Positions 37,082 through 45,630 of a DNA stretch of 50,210 nucleotides are shown here, one piece after another (the first letter of the stretch is position 1; every line of letters begins with the position of its first letter). The notes beneath the pieces are model-generated. The model ran no database searches and was not told where the DNA came from. It was given only the letters and a program-made list of their open reading frames with translations. This DNA is from Patescibacteria group bacterium UBA5187. Its GTDB lineage: Bacteria > Patescibacteriota > Minisyncoccia > Phycocordibacterales > PALSA-1337. Location: the NCBI GenBank assembly GCA_002413065.1, contig DHWH01000015.1:100326-150535 (forward strand). The letters run 5' to 3'. Position numbers and translations under genes: made by a program.

Positions 37082-37179
37082 AGTATGCATGTTGATGCAG
37101 CCTATTTAACAAATAGTAGACAAGCGCACTCATAAGCAGCTCTTTGAAAGGTCTACTCGAACAAGAAGGAATACATATT

Positions 37180-37815
37180 ATGCGAAAGCATGTTCTGACT
37201 GTGGGCCTCTTGGCCCTTGGGGCACTTGATCTCTCACAGATCAGGCGCAAATTGCAGGAACCGTCCCCTGAAGGCAAGGGATAGGATGATAAGACAGCCA
37301 AGGAAGCTGAGATCTGGTATCGACGCTTTTTGGAAGTCTGCCTTCGACACCCGGAGTTTCCGGTTGTACCAAACTTCACTATTGATGCATTCTGGCATCA
37401 GCACATTCTCGATACGCGAGCATATGCGCACGATTGTGAAGCGGTGTTTGGAGAATTTCTCCATCACTATCCGTACTTCGGACTGAATGGTGACAGTGTT
37501 GAACGGGATGATGCATTCATCGAGACCAACCGCATGTACCGCGAAATCTTCGGCGAAGATTGCACTGGTATGGGTGAACGTGGCCAAGACTGCAATATGT
37601 CCGCGTGCCGGGCAGACGATGCGAAAATCATCAAACCGCAAACAATGACAGCGTCCGGTTGCGGTCATTCAGGATCAGGAACTGGTTGTGGCCAAGGAGG
37701 TCGTGGCGGACGGACACTTCCATCTGAGCGCATTGCCGGCAAAGCTGCTGGTTGCACACCGCCAAGTTGCCATCCTCAACGCGCGGACTTCGGGCGACCC
37801 CTCGTTCTTGTGTAA
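37180..37815 (+). pseudogene. Glycine-rich-domain (GRDP/DUF1399-like) protein with Cys/Gly-rich tail, interrupted by an in-frame TAG
   Basis: SD-like AAGGA (37166-37170) and ATG 37180 in frame with ORF 37330. LDLSQIRRKL..EGKG*DDKTAKEAEIWYRRFL...VVP...IDAFWHQHILDTRAYAHDC...FLHHYPYFG. TAG at 37282-37284. Confidence 0.75.
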
Positions 37816-37853
37816 GGTAGCACGGGTGTACTGAACTCGAATAGACAAGCTAC

Positions 37854-37882
37854 AGCTCCGCGGTCAGACTTCGGAGCTTTTT
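37854..37882 (+). terminator. Intrinsic terminator
   Basis: AGCTCCG-11 nt-CGGAGCT followed by a T-run. Confidence 0.75.
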
Positions 37883-37910
37883 ATTACAAATTACTTTTCA
37901 CTTTATTTTT

Positions 37911-38477
37911 ATGAAAATAACTTTTATCTTTTCACCCCAATATGAAGCTGTTATATCTGCAAAAGCGGTTCCTTTTTCTATAGGCTCAAAAGCTTCTTCA
38001 GCCATTTCTGCTGCATGGAAAAAAGAAAGGCGCACCATTGAGAAAGCTCTTTTCAGAGCAACTGGCCTGCATTTTCAAAAGAAAGATCTCATTTGTTATA
38101 TCAATTCCCGCGCTTCCCTATCCAATCCTTTATCCCTCAAGATTTCAAGCATCACAGAAGTGATGTGCGACAATCTCATTCATGAACTCGTACATGTGCT
38201 TTTAACACAAAATCTGAACATTATCGGAAAGGACATAGAAAAATTCCATGACTCATTCAAAGAATACAATTTCACTACGCGGATTCATATTCTCGTTCAC
38301 GCGATTCATTTTGAAGTGACGCGCTCTATATATCCGCAACGGGTACGTTCAGTTCTTTCATACGCCAGAAGCAAAGACTACCGCACTTCGTGGAAAATAG
38401 TAAAAGAAGTCGGTGCACAAAAGATTATCACTATGGTACTTAAAAATAACCCGAAACTAGCGACTAAAAATCAATAA
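37911..38477 (+). CDS. HExxH (zincin-like) hypothetical protein
   Basis: NLIHELVHVLL plus downstream IHILVHAIH. AT-rich. Confidence 0.65.
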   Translation: MKITFIFSPQYEAVISAKAVPFSIGSKASSAISAAWKKERRTIEKALFRATGLHFQKKDLICYINSRASLSNPLSLKISSITEVMCDNLIHELVHVLLTQNLNIIGKDIEKFHDSFKEYNFTTRIHILVHAIHFEVTRSIYPQRVRSVLSYARSKDYRTSWKIVKEVGAQKIITMVLKNNPKLATKNQ

Positions 38478-38685
38478 GATCTCTAACCGGCAAACCGAGA
38501 GCATCAGCAAATCTTTTTAGGTTGTAGAGCGTGATATTTTTCTCCCCACGTTCGATCATGCCAACATATGTCCGGTGAACTTTTGCGAGTTTTCCGAATT
38601 GTTCCTGTGAAACACCCATTTTTTCCCTTTCCTGACGGATCTTCTTGCCCAAGAATATGAGGAATTGTTTTTGAGGGTTGGCCAT
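38464..38685 (-). CDS. XRE/C-protein-like HTH transcriptional regulator
   Basis: LGKKIRQER...SQEQFG...HRTYVGMIERGEKNITLYNL...ALG. Confidence 0.92.
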   Translation of the reverse strand: MANPQKQFLIFLGKKIRQEREKMGVSQEQFGKLAKVHRTYVGMIERGEKNITLYNLKRFADALGLPVRDLIDF

Positions 38686-38694
38686 TAATGTAAA

Positions 38695-39197
38695 TTATGA
38701 CACCAGCAAAACTCCTATAGTCCAGATGATCGTAATAATAGTGAGAATCATCGCTTCACGAAGCGCTTTATATTTTTTAGAAGCGACAGCGGCCAGATCA
38801 TGCGCGTTCATATACGAATTTGCTATAACTTCGTCGGCGGTCAGTTTGGAACCGCGGGCAATATATTCTTCACGAGACGATCCGGCAATATTTTGAAAAT
38901 ATGTCATGCTGTCACCACCTCCTTTTTTTGAAATACGAGGATACACCACGCGCAAGATAGCTTTCATGCTGAGGAGAATCATTACGACCGATACGCCGAG
39001 AATGAATGCCAAGAAGGATGCGAGACGCCCACGACTGCTTTGAGACTATTCAACCTGCTCAGCAAAGCACCGGTGACTATGCCGAGAATGCCCAGAACAC
39101 CGACAGCTTTTGTATCGGCCTGCTTGATCTGATCTGCAATGGCAGATGCAATGAATTTTGGAAAGTCACCTAGTATTTTGCGGTCTTCTGAAGGCAT
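38695..39197 (-). pseudogene. Pycsar transmembrane effector (DUF5706/PycTM)-like gene with frameshift
   Basis: QIKQADTKA + TM in ORF 38982..39197. TM + VVYPR, YFQNI and LAAVASKKYKALR + TM in ORF 38695..39012. The frames join near 39013-39016. Confidence 0.7.
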
Positions 39198-39222
39198 GGG
39201 GATAAATTTTACTAATAAATTG

Positions 39223-39293
39223 TGCGGGATGGGAGAATCGAACTCCCAACCACAGTTTGGAAAACTGTTATTATACCATTTAACTAATCCCGC
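39223..39293 (-). tRNA. tRNA-Gly(TCC), no encoded CCA
   Basis: GCGGGAT...ACAGT-TT-TCC-AA-ACTGT...GTTCGATT...ATCCCGC-A. Confidence 0.95.
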
Positions 39294-39338
39294 TTATTTT
39301 TCATACTAGCAGATTAAAATCTCTTTGAGAACCTGCAT

Positions 39339-39803
39339 CTACTTCTTTCCATTTCCTTCGTGATACTCCTCCTGGTGCTCTTTGCTCAGATGCTCCACGA
39401 AATCATTGATCTTATCAACTTCTTTTTTCATCTGCGTAACAGTCGTGCGAAGTTCGACAATTTTTTCTTCTTCCTCTTTCACCTCTTTCTCCGTCCTGTC
39501 GGTCGTTTTCTTCTCCCCCTTCATTCCGCTGATGAGGATCGTATCGCCGATAAAATATGATACGAACAATCCGGTCGCCAAAAGCACCAACGCGACGATC
39601 GCAAGACTTGTCGGCTCGTAAAAGAGCCAGCCCAACAAACCCCCTTGGGCTTGTAAAATGTCTGCCGTATGCCACACACCGCGCCAGAATAGTACGATGG
39701 CGACACCTCCCACGAGTGTATAGAGAATCGGATATCGACTCAAGTGGCCGCGGATATAATCTTCAAACTTATCGAAGAATGTAAATACTTTTTTGATTAT
39801 CAT
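39339..39803 (-). CDS. Two-TM hypothetical membrane protein with coiled-coil tail
   Basis: LYTLVGGVAIVLFWRGVWHTAD...LLATGLFVSYFIG. Start set at 39803, because the longer ORF runs through tRNA-Pro. Confidence 0.8.
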   Translation of the reverse strand: MIIKKVFTFFDKFEDYIRGHLSRYPILYTLVGGVAIVLFWRGVWHTADILQAQGGLLGWLFYEPTSLAIVALVLLATGLFVSYFIGDTILISGMKGEKKTTDRTEKEVKEEEEKIVELRTTVTQMKKEVDKINDFVEHLSKEHQEEYHEGNGKK

Positions 39804-39819
39804 AATAATCCTTACCTTG

Positions 39820-39892
39820 TCGGAGCGCCGGGATTCGAACCCGGAGTCACCTGTTCCCAAAACAGGGATGTTAGCCGTTACACCACGCTCCG
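39820..39892 (-). tRNA. tRNA-Pro(TGG), no encoded CCA
   Basis: CGGAGCG...CCTGT-TT-TGG-GA-ACAGG...GTTCGAAT...CGCTCCG-A. Confidence 0.95.
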
Positions 39893-39912
39893 TCGTATTG
39901 AGATTTATACTA

Positions 39913-40308
39913 TCACAGAATAAGGTTTTTAATCCACTTTATTCGTGCTTTTCTGGTTGAAAGGTCCATGTACACGCAAAGAACGTGAAATTGAAACTCT
40001 GCCTCCGACTCTCCGCTCAATCCTCTCTTTTTTTGAGCTAAATAGGTTTGTATAATTCTACGGAGGCGTTTTGACTTCAAACCATGCACATTATCTTCCG
40101 GCCTATGTGAAGTAGTAGCTGTTGTTACGCTTTTTACCTCAAAAAAGTGAAGTACTTTGTCTTTTACAGCCACAATATCCAATTCTCCCCACGCTTTTCG
40201 ATAATTTCGATCGATAATTTTAAAACCTTTATTTTTGAGATAGGAGCATGATATCTCCTCGCCTATATCCCCTTTTGCTTTAGTATGTAAGAGAATCTCT
40301 GTGTTCAT
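39913..40308 (-). CDS. yraN: YraN (UPF0102) family nuclease-like protein
   Basis: GDIGEE...YLKNKGFKIIDRNY...GELDIVA...FFEVK. Confidence 0.92.
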   Translation of the reverse strand: MNTEILLHTKAKGDIGEEISCSYLKNKGFKIIDRNYRKAWGELDIVAVKDKVLHFFEVKSVTTATTSHRPEDNVHGLKSKRLRRIIQTYLAQKKRGLSGESEAEFQFHVLCVYMDLSTRKARIKWIKNLIL

Positions 40309-40444
40309 TTTTAAATATCAGCTTTAGTACATAGCTTATAAAACAAGGACATTGACCTTAAAATCTACGATAATTAGCCATATTTGGTGTCTTTTATGCA
40401 CCTAATCCACAGACTTATCCCCATAATTGTCTTTTACTTCTATG

Positions 40445-40515
40445 TGCGGGCAGGGAGAATCGAACTCCCATTTTATCGTTGGCAACGATACATTCTACCA
40501 TTAAATTATGCCCGC
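40445..40515 (-). tRNA. tRNA-Gly(GCC), no encoded CCA
   Basis: GCGGGCA...TATCG-TT-GCC-AA-CGATA...GTTCGATT...TGCCCGC-A. Confidence 0.95.
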
Positions 40516-40533
40516 AGAATATTAAAAAGTATA

Positions 40534-41244
40534 TCAAACCTCCCCTGTAACGTATTTCTCCGAAGCAACTTCTTCACCCAAAAGCTCAATCCATTTCAAA
40601 ATTTTGTTTTTCAAGTATGCACTACTTAGAACAATATTGCAAACACCGTAATCAGGCTTAACAGAGCGCCGTTTGAGGTTATTTTTGAGATTACTATCTG
40701 AACTATTCCCTTTAATCCGGCTGCTTTTACCGAATAATTCATATTTAAAGCCACATTTTTCACTCCAAACCGATTTGCAGGCATTTTCATCACGATCTTC
40801 ACGCAAAAGGAGGTACATTTTCTGTTTTTTTGATCCGCAGATGTTTTCCAGGAAATGATCCCATATCTTGATTACATTAAAATCACTGCTGGACACGGAA
40901 ATACGGTTTTTGGATGTTTTATCTCCATGCGCCCAATATACCATCACTCCCGTCATAAAAAGCGGATGAAACTTCAATTCATGGAAATCAACCAAAGCAT
41001 CCTGCTTTGCATCTTCATATATCTTCTTGAGGCGACTTCCCCGTACTGTATTCAAAACCATAAGCCTCATGGCGGCGCCATTTCTTGCCTTCAACACACA
41101 GTTCATGGCGATATCATTTGACCACTTTTGATCCCGAAACCAGTCGGAAAGCGTACTCAAAGGCACACCCATTCGATCTTTGATCTCAGAATAGGTCATT
41201 CCTGCCCTTCTCATTATTGTGGCTTGTTCCTTATCTTTTCTCAT
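40534..41244 (-). CDS. HTH + degenerate LAGLIDADG-like hypothetical protein
   Basis: ATIMRRAGMTYSEI...VPLSTLSDW HTH, then GVMVYWAHGDK...ISVSSSD...YGVC. Start set at 41244. Confidence 0.6.
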   Translation of the reverse strand: MRKDKEQATIMRRAGMTYSEIKDRMGVPLSTLSDWFRDQKWSNDIAMNCVLKARNGAAMRLMVLNTVRGSRLKKIYEDAKQDALVDFHELKFHPLFMTGVMVYWAHGDKTSKNRISVSSSDFNVIKIWDHFLENICGSKKQKMYLLLREDRDENACKSVWSEKCGFKYELFGKSSRIKGNSSDSNLKNNLKRRSVKPDYGVCNIVLSSAYLKNKILKWIELLGEEVASEKYVTGEV

Positions 41245-41380
41245 ATACTTATATAATACTATAACAGTATATCGGATTTTAGCCAACAAAAATAGTCCTA
41301 AAAATACTTCCGTACTGAGACCGGATACAAGTCTTGAAAATCCAGGCGTCTACCCAGATTAATCGCGATTTAATTCATTG

Positions 41381-41452
41381 TGCGCCCAGAGGGATTCGAA
41401 CCCCCAACGACAGTTCCGAAGACTGTTGTGATATCCATTTCACCATGGGCGC
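41381..41452 (-). tRNA. tRNA-Arg(TCG), no encoded CCA
   Basis: GCGCCCA...ACAGT-CT-TCG-GA-ACTGT...GTTCGAAT...TGGGCGC-A. Confidence 0.95.
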
Positions 41453-41531
41453 GTGTCATAACGGATGATACCGCGTGTCGTACATCGTACATTAGTTTGG
41501 AAAAAATCCCAAATTATTGTACAATATTTTT

Positions 41532-43019
41532 ATGAAGATGCCGGAAAATAATCCAATACCTCCAGAAGTTGTCAATATTGTTGAGGCTCTGGAAAAAGCA
41601 GGGTATCAAGCCTGCTTGGTAGGCGGATGCGTGCGCGATATTTTTCTTGGCCGCATACCCAAAGATTGGGACATTACAACCAATGCCACTCCTGAACAGA
41701 TCCAACCTTTGTTCCCAAAAACAGTCTACGAGAATATATACGGCACAGTAGCGGTTATAAATGAGTTAGCGACTGACGAAAGGGTCAGAAACGTTGAAGT
41801 AACGCCATATCGCTTAGAATCAAGCTATTCTGACCGACGACACCCGGATAACGTTAAATTCAGCTCTAAAATCGAGGACGATCTTAAAAGACGTGATTTT
41901 ACTGTAAACGCCGTTGCTATAAGTCTTTCCAAAGGTGCTATAAAGGACATAATTGACCTTTATGGCGGATTTACTGACATAAGAGCCAAAACCATTAGAA
42001 CGGTGGGGAATCCTGATGACCGTTTCAATGAAGATGCCCTCCGTATGATGCGAGCCATAAGATTAGGCGTAGAACTGTGTTTCACGTGTAACCAAGACAC
42101 ATTCAAGGCCATCCAAAGCCAAAGTAAGCTCATAAAAGAAGTTTCGATTGAGAGGATACGTGACGAGTTCACAAAGATCATTATGTCTGATCATCCTATG
42201 AAAGGAATCGAGCTGCTTCATGAAGCCGGCCTACTTGCTCATATTGTTCCTGAACTCGAGAGGGGATTGGGAGTAAAGCAACCACAAGCACATGCTTATG
42301 ACGTGTGGGAACACCTTTTAAGAAGCTTACAACATGCGGCTGATAAGAAATGGGAGCTAGAAATAAGGCTAGCAGCCCTATTTCATGACATAGCAAAGCC
42401 AGAAACTAAGGGCTTTTCACATGAAACACAGCAACCGACGTTTTATGGCCATGAAGTAGTTGGTTCACGTGAAACACGTAAAATACTCGAAAGAATGAAG
42501 TTTTCACGTGTAACTATCGAAAAAGTGACCAAATTGGTCCGTTGGCATATGTTTTTCACAGATACTGCCACAATTACACTTTCAGCTGTTAGACGTATGA
42601 TAGTTAATGTTGGCAAGGAAAACATATGGGATCTCATGAATCTGAGGATTTGTGACCGTATAGGAACTGGCAGGCCCAAGGAAAACCCGTACCGACTTCG
42701 AAAATACAAATCGATGATCGAGGAAGCTCTGCGTGATCCAATTTCAGTAACTATGCTCAAAGTTGATGGTAGGAAGATAATGGAGATAGGAAAGATGGCA
42801 GCTGGACCAAAAATTGGCATGGTTCTCAATGCTTTATTGGAAGAAGTCCTTGAAGACCCTAAACTAAATACTGAAGAATACTTAACGAAGAAAACTTCGG
42901 AGCTATTGGCCATGCCTGAACAGGAATTAAAAAAACTTGCTGAAAAAGGTAAGGAGAAGAAAGAACAAAGTGAGGAAAAAGAGCTTGATGAAATCCGTCA
43001 AAAGCACCATGTCCTTTAG
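41532..43019 (+). CDS. cca: Class II tRNA nucleotidyltransferase (CCA-adding) with HD domain
   Basis: VGGCVRD, DWDITT, RRDFTVNA, EDALRMMRA, ERIRDE, FHDIAKP. Start set at 41532. Confidence 0.93.
   Translation: MKMPENNPIPPEVVNIVEALEKAGYQACLVGGCVRDIFLGRIPKDWDITTNATPEQIQPLFPKTVYENIYGTVAVINELATDERVRNVEVTPYRLESSYSDRRHPDNVKFSSKIEDDLKRRDFTVNAVAISLSKGAIKDIIDLYGGFTDIRAKTIRTVGNPDDRFNEDALRMMRAIRLGVELCFTCNQDTFKAIQSQSKLIKEVSIERIRDEFTKIIMSDHPMKGIELLHEAGLLAHIVPELERGLGVKQPQAHAYDVWEHLLRSLQHAADKKWELEIRLAALFHDIAKPETKGFSHETQQPTFYGHEVVGSRETRKILERMKFSRVTIEKVTKLVRWHMFFTDTATITLSAVRRMIVNVGKENIWDLMNLRICDRIGTGRPKENPYRLRKYKSMIEEALRDPISVTMLKVDGRKIMEIGKMAAGPKIGMVLNALLEEVLEDPKLNTEEYLTKKTSELLAMPEQELKKLAEKGKEKKEQSEEKELDEIRQKHHVL
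42078..42515. repeat. Cluster of four parS-like palindromes inside cca
   Basis: TGTTTCACGTGTAACC 42078, CTTTTCACATGAAACA 42413, TGGTTCACGTGAAACA 42461, GTTTTCACGTGTAACT 42500, versus consensus TGTTTCACGTGAAACA. Confidence 0.75.
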
Positions 43020-43043
43020 TTATCCCCAACTTTGTCCTTTACA

Positions 43044-43440
43044 CTAACGGACATAGGACATACAATTATCCCAGACCAGTTTGTCATCCGAGGTGATCGC
43101 AGAATAATGTTCTACGATCGAGGCAAGCAACGTTCTTTCAAAAAAGCAGGGTAGGCTTCTCGTTTCGCTAGTTACTGAAGTCTGCGAAAAATTTTTGTCA
43201 TCCTTCCGTTGCTTAGGCCAATGGCGGTGTAGCTTTCTACAAATCACATCAATGTTCTCCTTTCAGGAGAGCGAACATTTAATCGGAAGTGCACATCGTC
43301 ACCTAACCATAGTACTCCGGTACAAGGAATGGTCTGGATGAAAGTGGGTTCTCCTTTGAATCCATCTGGTCTGTGGACCTAAGTTCTTTCATTTTTCGCG
43401 ATTTCAACAACCGCGCGTGCTCGGTTCCTCTTGAACCATA
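43044..43440 (-). pseudogene. Possible degraded ORF remnant
   Basis: Protein-like segments (AVVEIAKNERT*VHRPDGFKGEPTFIQ...; ENIDVICRKL...) in two frames with an internal TAG. No family recognised. Confidence 0.2.
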
Positions 43441-43459
43441 GTATGTGCGGTTTTTGTTT

Positions 43460-43495
43460 GGCTCAGTTTTGTTGAGATATCAATATAACTGAGCC
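43460..43495. other. Strong inverted repeat downstream of xth
   Basis: GGCTCAGTT...AACTGAGCC enclosing TGTTGA/TCAATA. No U-tract on the xth strand. Confidence 0.5.
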
Positions 43496-43509
43496 TTGCC
43501 CTCAAGTTT

Positions 43510-44304
43510 TTATTTGAGCACCAACTCAATAGGGCAGTGATCTGACCACATCACATTGTCCAAAATGCGAGTTTTTTCTACTTTTTTTAGCAAACCTGAT
43601 GAAACAAAGAAGTAATCGATGCGCCAGCCGACATTTCGCTCCCGGGCGAATGTTTTCATATCCCAATACGTATATTTTCCTACATCGGTTGGGTAAAAGT
43701 GCCTGAACGTATCTACATATCCATGTGCGACGACTTTATCCAGCCACGCACGTTCTACGGGCAAAAATCCGGTATTTCCTTCATTTTCTTTGGGGCGAGC
43801 GAGATCGATGGCGGTATGAGCGGTATTTATATCTCCACAAAAAATAATTTCGTAACCTTTTTTCTTCAGGTCATCAATGTAGTCTAGAAAAATATCATAA
43901 TATTTTAATTTGAATTTCAAACGTTCAGGACCGCCCCCGCCGTTAGGGAAATAGATGTTGAGAAGAGCAATTTTTGGAAACCCTTTTCCGAGACTACCTT
44001 CATTGAAAAATAAGGCCAGAAATCTGCCTTCCTGATCAAATTCGGGCTGATTCATGCCATATTCAACCTTTTCGGGCTTAATTTTTGTGTACACGGCAAC
44101 GCCGCTGTAACCTTTCCTGCCTTTTGAGTGATCGAAATAGGAGAAATATCCAGGTGGATTGCAGACGCCGTCTTCGAGCTGGCCTGCTTCTGCCTTAACT
44201 TCCTGAATACAGTATATATCGGGTGATTCGTTCAAAAACCAATCAAAGCCGCCTTTTTTTACGTTGGCCCGAAAGCCATTCACATTCCATGAAATGAATC
44301 TCAT
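43510..44304 (-). CDS. xth: Exodeoxyribonuclease III
   Basis: SWNVNG, QEVK, GYSGVA, YFPNG, GDIN, GWRIDY, SDHCP. Confidence 0.97.
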   Translation of the reverse strand: MRFISWNVNGFRANVKKGGFDWFLNESPDIYCIQEVKAEAGQLEDGVCNPPGYFSYFDHSKGRKGYSGVAVYTKIKPEKVEYGMNQPEFDQEGRFLALFFNEGSLGKGFPKIALLNIYFPNGGGGPERLKFKLKYYDIFLDYIDDLKKKGYEIIFCGDINTAHTAIDLARPKENEGNTGFLPVERAWLDKVVAHGYVDTFRHFYPTDVGKYTYWDMKTFARERNVGWRIDYFFVSSGLLKKVEKTRILDNVMWSDHCPIELVLK

Positions 44305-44348
44305 GGGGTAAGTTTACAGCGCGGAGGATAAAGTGCAAATGTGGCGAA

Positions 44349-45479
44349 CTATTGTATTATTTTTTCTGCATTATTATTTGTGATCTTAAATAGATCGAAT
44401 TGATTGTTATCCGCCTGAACACCGCCGATAGCATCGAATGTGAAAGTTCCGTAGGCCGCACCGTGGAAGGGTTGTGAGCGCAAATATGAGTTATAGTTTG
44501 TATCGATACCTTTGTCTCTCAGCATGGCAGCTATAGCAATGACCGCATCATACGATGTAGCAGCGCCAAATACAGGATCAGTTTTGTACGTTTCAACATA
44601 GGATTTCCTGAAACCCTTATCTGGAGCTGACGCACTGAAGTACACGACTCCATCGTACAAATCTTTGTAATCCGGCTGAGCATAATGATCATTGATGAAT
44701 TCATCTCCGTACATCGGTAAATGCGGCAATATATTGTGTTTTGTTTTTAAGAAATTTATGACCGCTTTCTCGTCATACAGCGCGAATATAACAGCATCGG
44801 CACCTGATGATTTCAATTTGAGAGTCTGCGTTCGCAAGTCGGCCACGCCCGAATCAACAAGTTCCGTTGAAACAATAGTTATTCCCCTGGCTTCGGAGTA
44901 TTTTTTAACCCGTGCGGCAAAATCAGTATAGTATGGATCATTCTGATATATCTGTGCCAACTTCTTTACACCATGATTGGCCATATACTCACTTATAATC
45001 TTTGCCTTAACGTCAGTTCGATACCACGTTGAAAATACATTCGGATGAATGATATTGCCGTTAACCGCTTCAATGCCGGCATCAGGACTGATGAGGATAA
45101 TATTTTTATCTTTGACCAACTCGGCAGCTCCTTGATACGAATCAAGCCATGTCGGACCGACAATTGCCTTTACTTTGTTGAAACTGATCAATTTTGTAAC
45201 TGCAGAGATGGAACCTGCGCTCGAGCTTCGCATATCTTCCACAATCAATTCGAGCGGATGACCGTGTATTCCGCCTTGTGCATTTATATCCCTGACTGCA
45301 AGCTCGGCCCCATTTTTAGCGGCTTCTCCCCACGAAGCTGCGTCACCCGTAAGCCCGAAAGCACCGCCGATCTTGATAGATTCCTGCGTTGTCATTGGTT
45401 TTTTATCTGCATTGAATAGAGAGGAGGCGCCTGTTACTGCAACCACTATAACAAGTCCCCCTATTATTTTTTTATTCAT
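44349..45479 (-). CDS. LivJ/LivK-like ABC substrate-binding protein (orphan)
   Basis: IKIGGAFGLTGDAASWGEAAKNGAELAVRDINAQGGIHG..LELIVED and SYDAV. Confidence 0.88.
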   Translation of the reverse strand: MNKKIIGGLVIVVAVTGASSLFNADKKPMTTQESIKIGGAFGLTGDAASWGEAAKNGAELAVRDINAQGGIHGHPLELIVEDMRSSSAGSISAVTKLISFNKVKAIVGPTWLDSYQGAAELVKDKNIILISPDAGIEAVNGNIIHPNVFSTWYRTDVKAKIISEYMANHGVKKLAQIYQNDPYYTDFAARVKKYSEARGITIVSTELVDSGVADLRTQTLKLKSSGADAVIFALYDEKAVINFLKTKHNILPHLPMYGDEFINDHYAQPDYKDLYDGVVYFSASAPDKGFRKSYVETYKTDPVFGAATSYDAVIAIAAMLRDKGIDTNYNSYLRSQPFHGAAYGTFTFDAIGGVQADNNQFDLFKITNNNAEKIIQ

Positions 45480-45630
45480 ATATGTTTGTATTAAGTATTA
45501 ACCGACAATCTATCTAAATATTTCGTTACAATGATAATACACATGTGTCAATATATCAATAAATACGGCTTTTAATCTAGCTTAGTAAACTAATAATTTA
45601 CTTTATATTTGTTTTCTGTATACTATAACT

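Noticed and set aside
37282..37284. Genome-wide stop codon reassignment
   Set aside because: TAG terminates rpsG, rpsO and cca and TGA terminates recJ and comEC at expected lengths, so code 11 fits.
36100..39293. Integrative element or prophage at tRNA-Gly
   Set aside because: No duplicate of the tRNA 3' end was found at the far side, and there is no integrase or phage gene. The tyrosine recombinase at 46488 looks like a housekeeping Xer.
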